Assembly (NCBI GenBank): GCA_965140935.1
Contig: CBCSLL010000171.1
Location: 87,492 to 144,993 of the forward strand
Reading direction: 5' to 3'
Length of the DNA: 57,502 nt
Source: Rotaria magnacalcarata
Lineage: Eukaryota
Shown here: piece after piece, positions 53,684-57,502 of the stretch
Layout: the number at the start of each line of letters is the position of its first letter
How positions within the stretch are numbered: the stretch's first letter is position 1
The notes under the pieces: generated by a model
The model's input: only the letters and a program-made list of their open reading frames with translations
Database searches by the model: none
Told to the model about the DNA's origin: nothing
Position numbers and translations under genes: made by a program

Positions 53684-53722
53684 GTCCATCTAATCCCTCT
53701 TCATACCCACACCCACACCCTG
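53684..53722. repeat. Telomeric-repeat hairpin H8: gatgtgggtgtccatc ... catacccacacccacaccctg.
   Basis: Short inverted GGGTGT/ACACCC arms. Confidence 0.55.
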
Positions 53723-54688
53723 TTTTTATTTTAAGATTAGTTAAATTTAATTCTAAATGATTAATAAATTTTTGTAATAGATCATTTGAAAGTTTTGTTT
53801 TAACATCAAAATACTTTTGTTGATGACGAACAACAAATAAACTGACAATATTCAATAGATAAATTTGAATGAAAATTATTATTTATTGGTGATTCACATT
53901 CAATTCAACGTTTTATTAATAGATATTGTTTATCGAAAAAAATTATATTGACTTATAGAATTTAAATTAATTAAATAATTTCTCGTCGTATCTCATCCTC
54001 GTCAGTACATAATTTTTGTTGTAGAAAACATATTTTTGAATTCAAAATGAAATGACTGATCTGTCTTATTTACTCGCTAGTTTTGAATTGACGATCACAC
54101 GAGAATATATATCTTTGAAAAATATGTCATAAAATAGATCAACCAGTATATTTATAGATAAATTTATGTTTATAATTTTACAGGAGAACAATATGCAGCA
54201 ATTCTACAAAGGATAAAACTAATGTGGTTTAATGGCTATTCATTGTATATCTCATACAGACAATGAAACAAAGAATATAAAGGTCTATTGGTAGATACGT
54301 TGACTAACAAAAATAGACAAATGTTTCATTTCATCTCATGAGCCATATGTGTATTCGTTCTATTTCAACAATCGATTCGATGCATTACTAAATACTGTTT
54401 CTAACTGAATAAAAATAGTTTATGTTTTCTCATGAATACACAATGCTTCGTAATTTTCTTTATACCAACTAGTAAAAAGACTAAGAAAATTCAAGCCTCA
54501 TAAGGTATCGGAAATTCAAAAGCACAGTAAGAAAATAGATTTCGTTGAATTATATACGATTCGATAGAGCTCGCGAAAGCACTGTCCGATCGGAATCTCA
54601 AATATTTGCACATTTACTGTGGCTATTTCTTCGTCATAATATTCTACCTTGATTCAGCATCAAATATTTGCTTGGCTGGCCAGCTCTT

Positions 54689-54755
54689 GAGGGTGTGGGT
54701 GTGTGGCTGTTGATGGTGCTGCAGCTCTGAATGACCACCCACACCCACACCCTCA
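54689..54755. repeat. Telomeric-repeat hairpin H9: cttgagggtgtgggtgtgtggctg ... ccacccacacccacaccctcaag.
   Basis: The 20+ nt inverted arms include the cttgaggg terminus, which is also present at H4. Confidence 0.75.
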
Positions 54756-55354
54756 AGATGACAATCAAATGTACAATTCGAATCAAAAATAAGATATAAA
54801 TTTTAAAAGACCATTCTATGTCGAATAGGTTTGCAGTTTTCAAATAATCATTATAGTACATTTCATTTTCTTCGGCATTATCTCAACAATCAATTTAAAC
54901 AGTTTTTAGGTATTTTTTCCATAAAACAAATTTTTTCATGTCTGACAATATATCATTCAATCGAATATAAAATAAATGAATTTTTTTGTCAAAAATACTT
55001 ATGAAGATAATAAGAATGAGCTCAATGATAAAGAGGTTTTTTATCGAATGATCGACTTCGTTTAGAATATAATTATTGTTTACCAGAAATATTTCACGCC
55101 TCTTTTATTAAATTAAAATCATCTAAAAATTTCATTTGAGTTCTAATATTTGAGTAATGAACCAGTCACGATCATTATCTTTTATCTTTAATTAAGATAT
55201 TTATTAGAATTATTATGTTCATTTAATACATATGAATAAATTATCTCTTATGTTTAGAATTTTTTTTACATTAAATATCTAGTCAAGTAAACAATATTAT
55301 ATCATTAATTATATTTGACTTCCATTTACAATTTTAGATAAATAAATAAAATGT

Positions 55355-55372
55355 TCTCTCTCTCTCTCTCTG
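55355..55372. repeat. (TC)n microsatellite, about 8 units.
   Basis: Read directly. Confidence 0.85.
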
Positions 55373-57502
55373 TCTTCTTATGTAAGTGAAATATCGAAAC
55401 GATTCAAATAAGAATATTGCTTTTAGACATCTATTACTCTGTGATTCTGGTAGGTCCTATAGGGACGCCATCATAATATAATACTAACACAGGAGAACGA
55501 TGAGAACAATAAAGTGGGAAAAGAAGGAAGCATAGAAAATAAAAGAGTGAGAGAAAAAATCCAACAATAAAATGATAATAAGTAAGAAAAAGAGAGTAGT
55601 TTCAAGGTATCAAACATCAACTTCTACTATCACATATACTACTTCACTGCACATCACCCAGCTGAAAATCAGAAAAGAGAAGTGATAGAATACATATTAC
55701 CATGTCGTATCTCGACATCATCTTATTATGTTCACTGAATGAATGTTGCTGATGAGCGCATAGTTTTACTTGTTCGAATAGCAATTGTTCATCTTCTGAC
55801 TTACTTATTATATGCCACATATACACATGGTTATATTCAAAGAATCGAATTATTTTCTGCTTTCGATTGTTAAAAGTGATAATAGGGTTAGATTTATTTT
55901 GTTTAAACAAAAAAAAAGCGTAGTTACAAACATTACAGATAGTTAAGTATGCAATTAAGATGATTCAATGAATGGAATTGAACAGAAATGACATCGACCA
56001 ACACCATTCTTAAAAATATCAATACGACATTGAAAATAAGGAAGGTCATCATTGAAAATTCTTGTCTCTTCAATATCATCTTTCTTAAGCCAGTAGTCGA
56101 TTTCGACAACATCGTCAATTGTTGTGATATTAAAAATAAAATTTTCCAGTCGTGGCATATGAATAAGTATCTCTTCACTAAGATGAACATCATCAATAAA
56201 TTCTGGTCGATTTCCAACAAGAAGAAATAGCATGAGTGTTTCTAAATTCTCCATTCGTCGAAGTAATGGGACTATAACATTATCATATTCTTGTGTAGGA
56301 TTACGTGCAGTCAAGCAGAATGCTGTTAAATTAGGTAGAATATACTAGAAATAAAAACGAAATCCATTAACTAACAGTTTCAGACGAAAAACCAAATTCA
56401 CTACCTGACTACCAATGTTCAACAGGGGAGTATCAATAGACTCAATAATAACATTTAAAATTTTCATTTGATTGAAACGTCCATCAAGCAGACGCAAACA
56501 ATCATCTATTGTACGTACATTAACTTCTAATTTAATTATAGTCGATGACGAACACATGGTTAATGGTAAAGCATATTCTGGTAACAACGAATAGGATCTA
56601 AGATGTTTTCCGTTAACTTTCAAATGAGTTAAACGCTGACAGACAGAAAAAAGACGTGTATAAATTTTCGTATTCAAGTGTATCTGTGATCGACTGTTGT
56701 AATATTCAATGGTAGAGATTTCAAGATGTGTAATTTGTTTAAAGATATGTAAGACAGGTGAATTATCTAAACACAAAATCATTTATAAAAATTGAATTTT
56801 GTTCTCAAGAAAATTTCATACCTGATAAATACTTTATAAAATCTTTAGATTCGATTGAACTCAAAGTTAATCGCTGAAGATTAGGATAAGCACACGCACG
56901 AAGAATCTGTAGCATTGATGAGGGTTCAACAAAAAGAGATTTGATTTTGTCATGAATTTGAGGTAATATGTGTGAACATAATCGATCTAGTGTAACATCC
57001 GACATGGAACATCGTTCATCATAGGATTGTTCCGCTGTTAAATCAAGAGAATGCGTGAGTCTGGCATCACGTGCTAGTCGATCGAACCGTTGATTAACAC
57101 CCCAAATTGAATTGAGTACATCGACAGTTGAAAGTTTATTGAAAATTTCAATAAGCATTTCATCAGGTAAATCAAGAAGATGAACAGTTGAAGAATTCAT
57201 GATTGAATGTGATAAGAGACTGTGTGTTTGACATATTTATATTGAATGAGCAACCGTTTCGTCTTGATTAATTATGCTTTGTTTCTTTGTTGTTGTTAGT
57301 GCTATGCATATCGTCCATTTTGTAATAGACTATCGCGATGACTATAGGAATACTTAAAATGATTTTAACTCTCATCCATGATTCTTTTTTTAGTTATAAA
57401 ATAGTGTGACAAATTTCATTTGAAGGATACATTGTAGTAAAGTATCGTTATCATTATATTTCTTATTGTATTAGTCAGAACTGTTTATGAAATAACACAA
57501 GC

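Overview
This window is eukaryotic (metazoan) nuclear DNA, not prokaryotic. It is AT-rich (~30% GC) and its genes are split by many short GT-AG introns of ~50-90 nt. It carries a calmodulin-like gene, a clear PARP4 (vault PARP) orthologue, an Hsp70-like exon pair, and a pol III tRNA-like gene. Nine interstitial hairpins have arms of (TGTGGG)n-like repeats, and I recall TGTGGG as the bdelloid-rotifer telomeric unit. Together with the intron style and an expanded ADP-ribosyltransferase(ART)+TPR gene family, this suggests a bdelloid-rotifer-like genome; this is an inference, not a database result. Coding content on the + strand unless noted: (i) three paralogous genes with a shared N-terminal alpha/beta domain, an arginine-type (R-S-ExE) ADP-ribosyltransferase domain and C-terminal TPR repeats (gene A 611-3561, motifs degenerate; gene B 6126-8523; gene C 45411-47869), plus a truncated minus-strand paralogue that keeps only the N-terminal domain (gene D, 9518-11292). 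(ii) A 14-exon PARP4 orthologue (15947-21337; BRCT, helical, catalytic H-G-S/Y/E, VIT and VWA domains) with an in-frame TGA inside the VIT domain. (iii) A calmodulin-like gene (exons 2-5 at 25767-27627) with a missing or decayed terminal exon and a duplicated 3' fragment upstream. (iv) An Hsp70 substrate-binding-domain-like exon pair (30699-31199). (v) A multi-exon gene of unknown function with a 1.9 kb terminal exon (38629-42728). (vi) A 4-exon gene (50071-51465) with a candidate H-G-T / G-F-Y diphtheria-toxin/PARP-type ART motif, flanked by 150-bp direct repeats. (vii) A tRNA-like pol III gene (44894-44973) sitting in the spacer of an inverted repeat. The non-coding DNA is unusually rich in palindromic structure. 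It holds two ~1.1 kb foldbacks with near-perfect ~300-345 bp arms (one inside a calmodulin intron) and several smaller inverted repeats. Most striking is a family of nine 40-90 bp hairpins whose arms are telomere-like (GGGTGT)n / (ACACCC)n repeats; two copies share a 48-bp core. An ADP-ribosylation theme recurs across the window (PARP4, three R-S-E ARTs and one candidate H-Y-E ART). Gene boundaries are inferred by eye from reading frames and splice motifs and are approximate.
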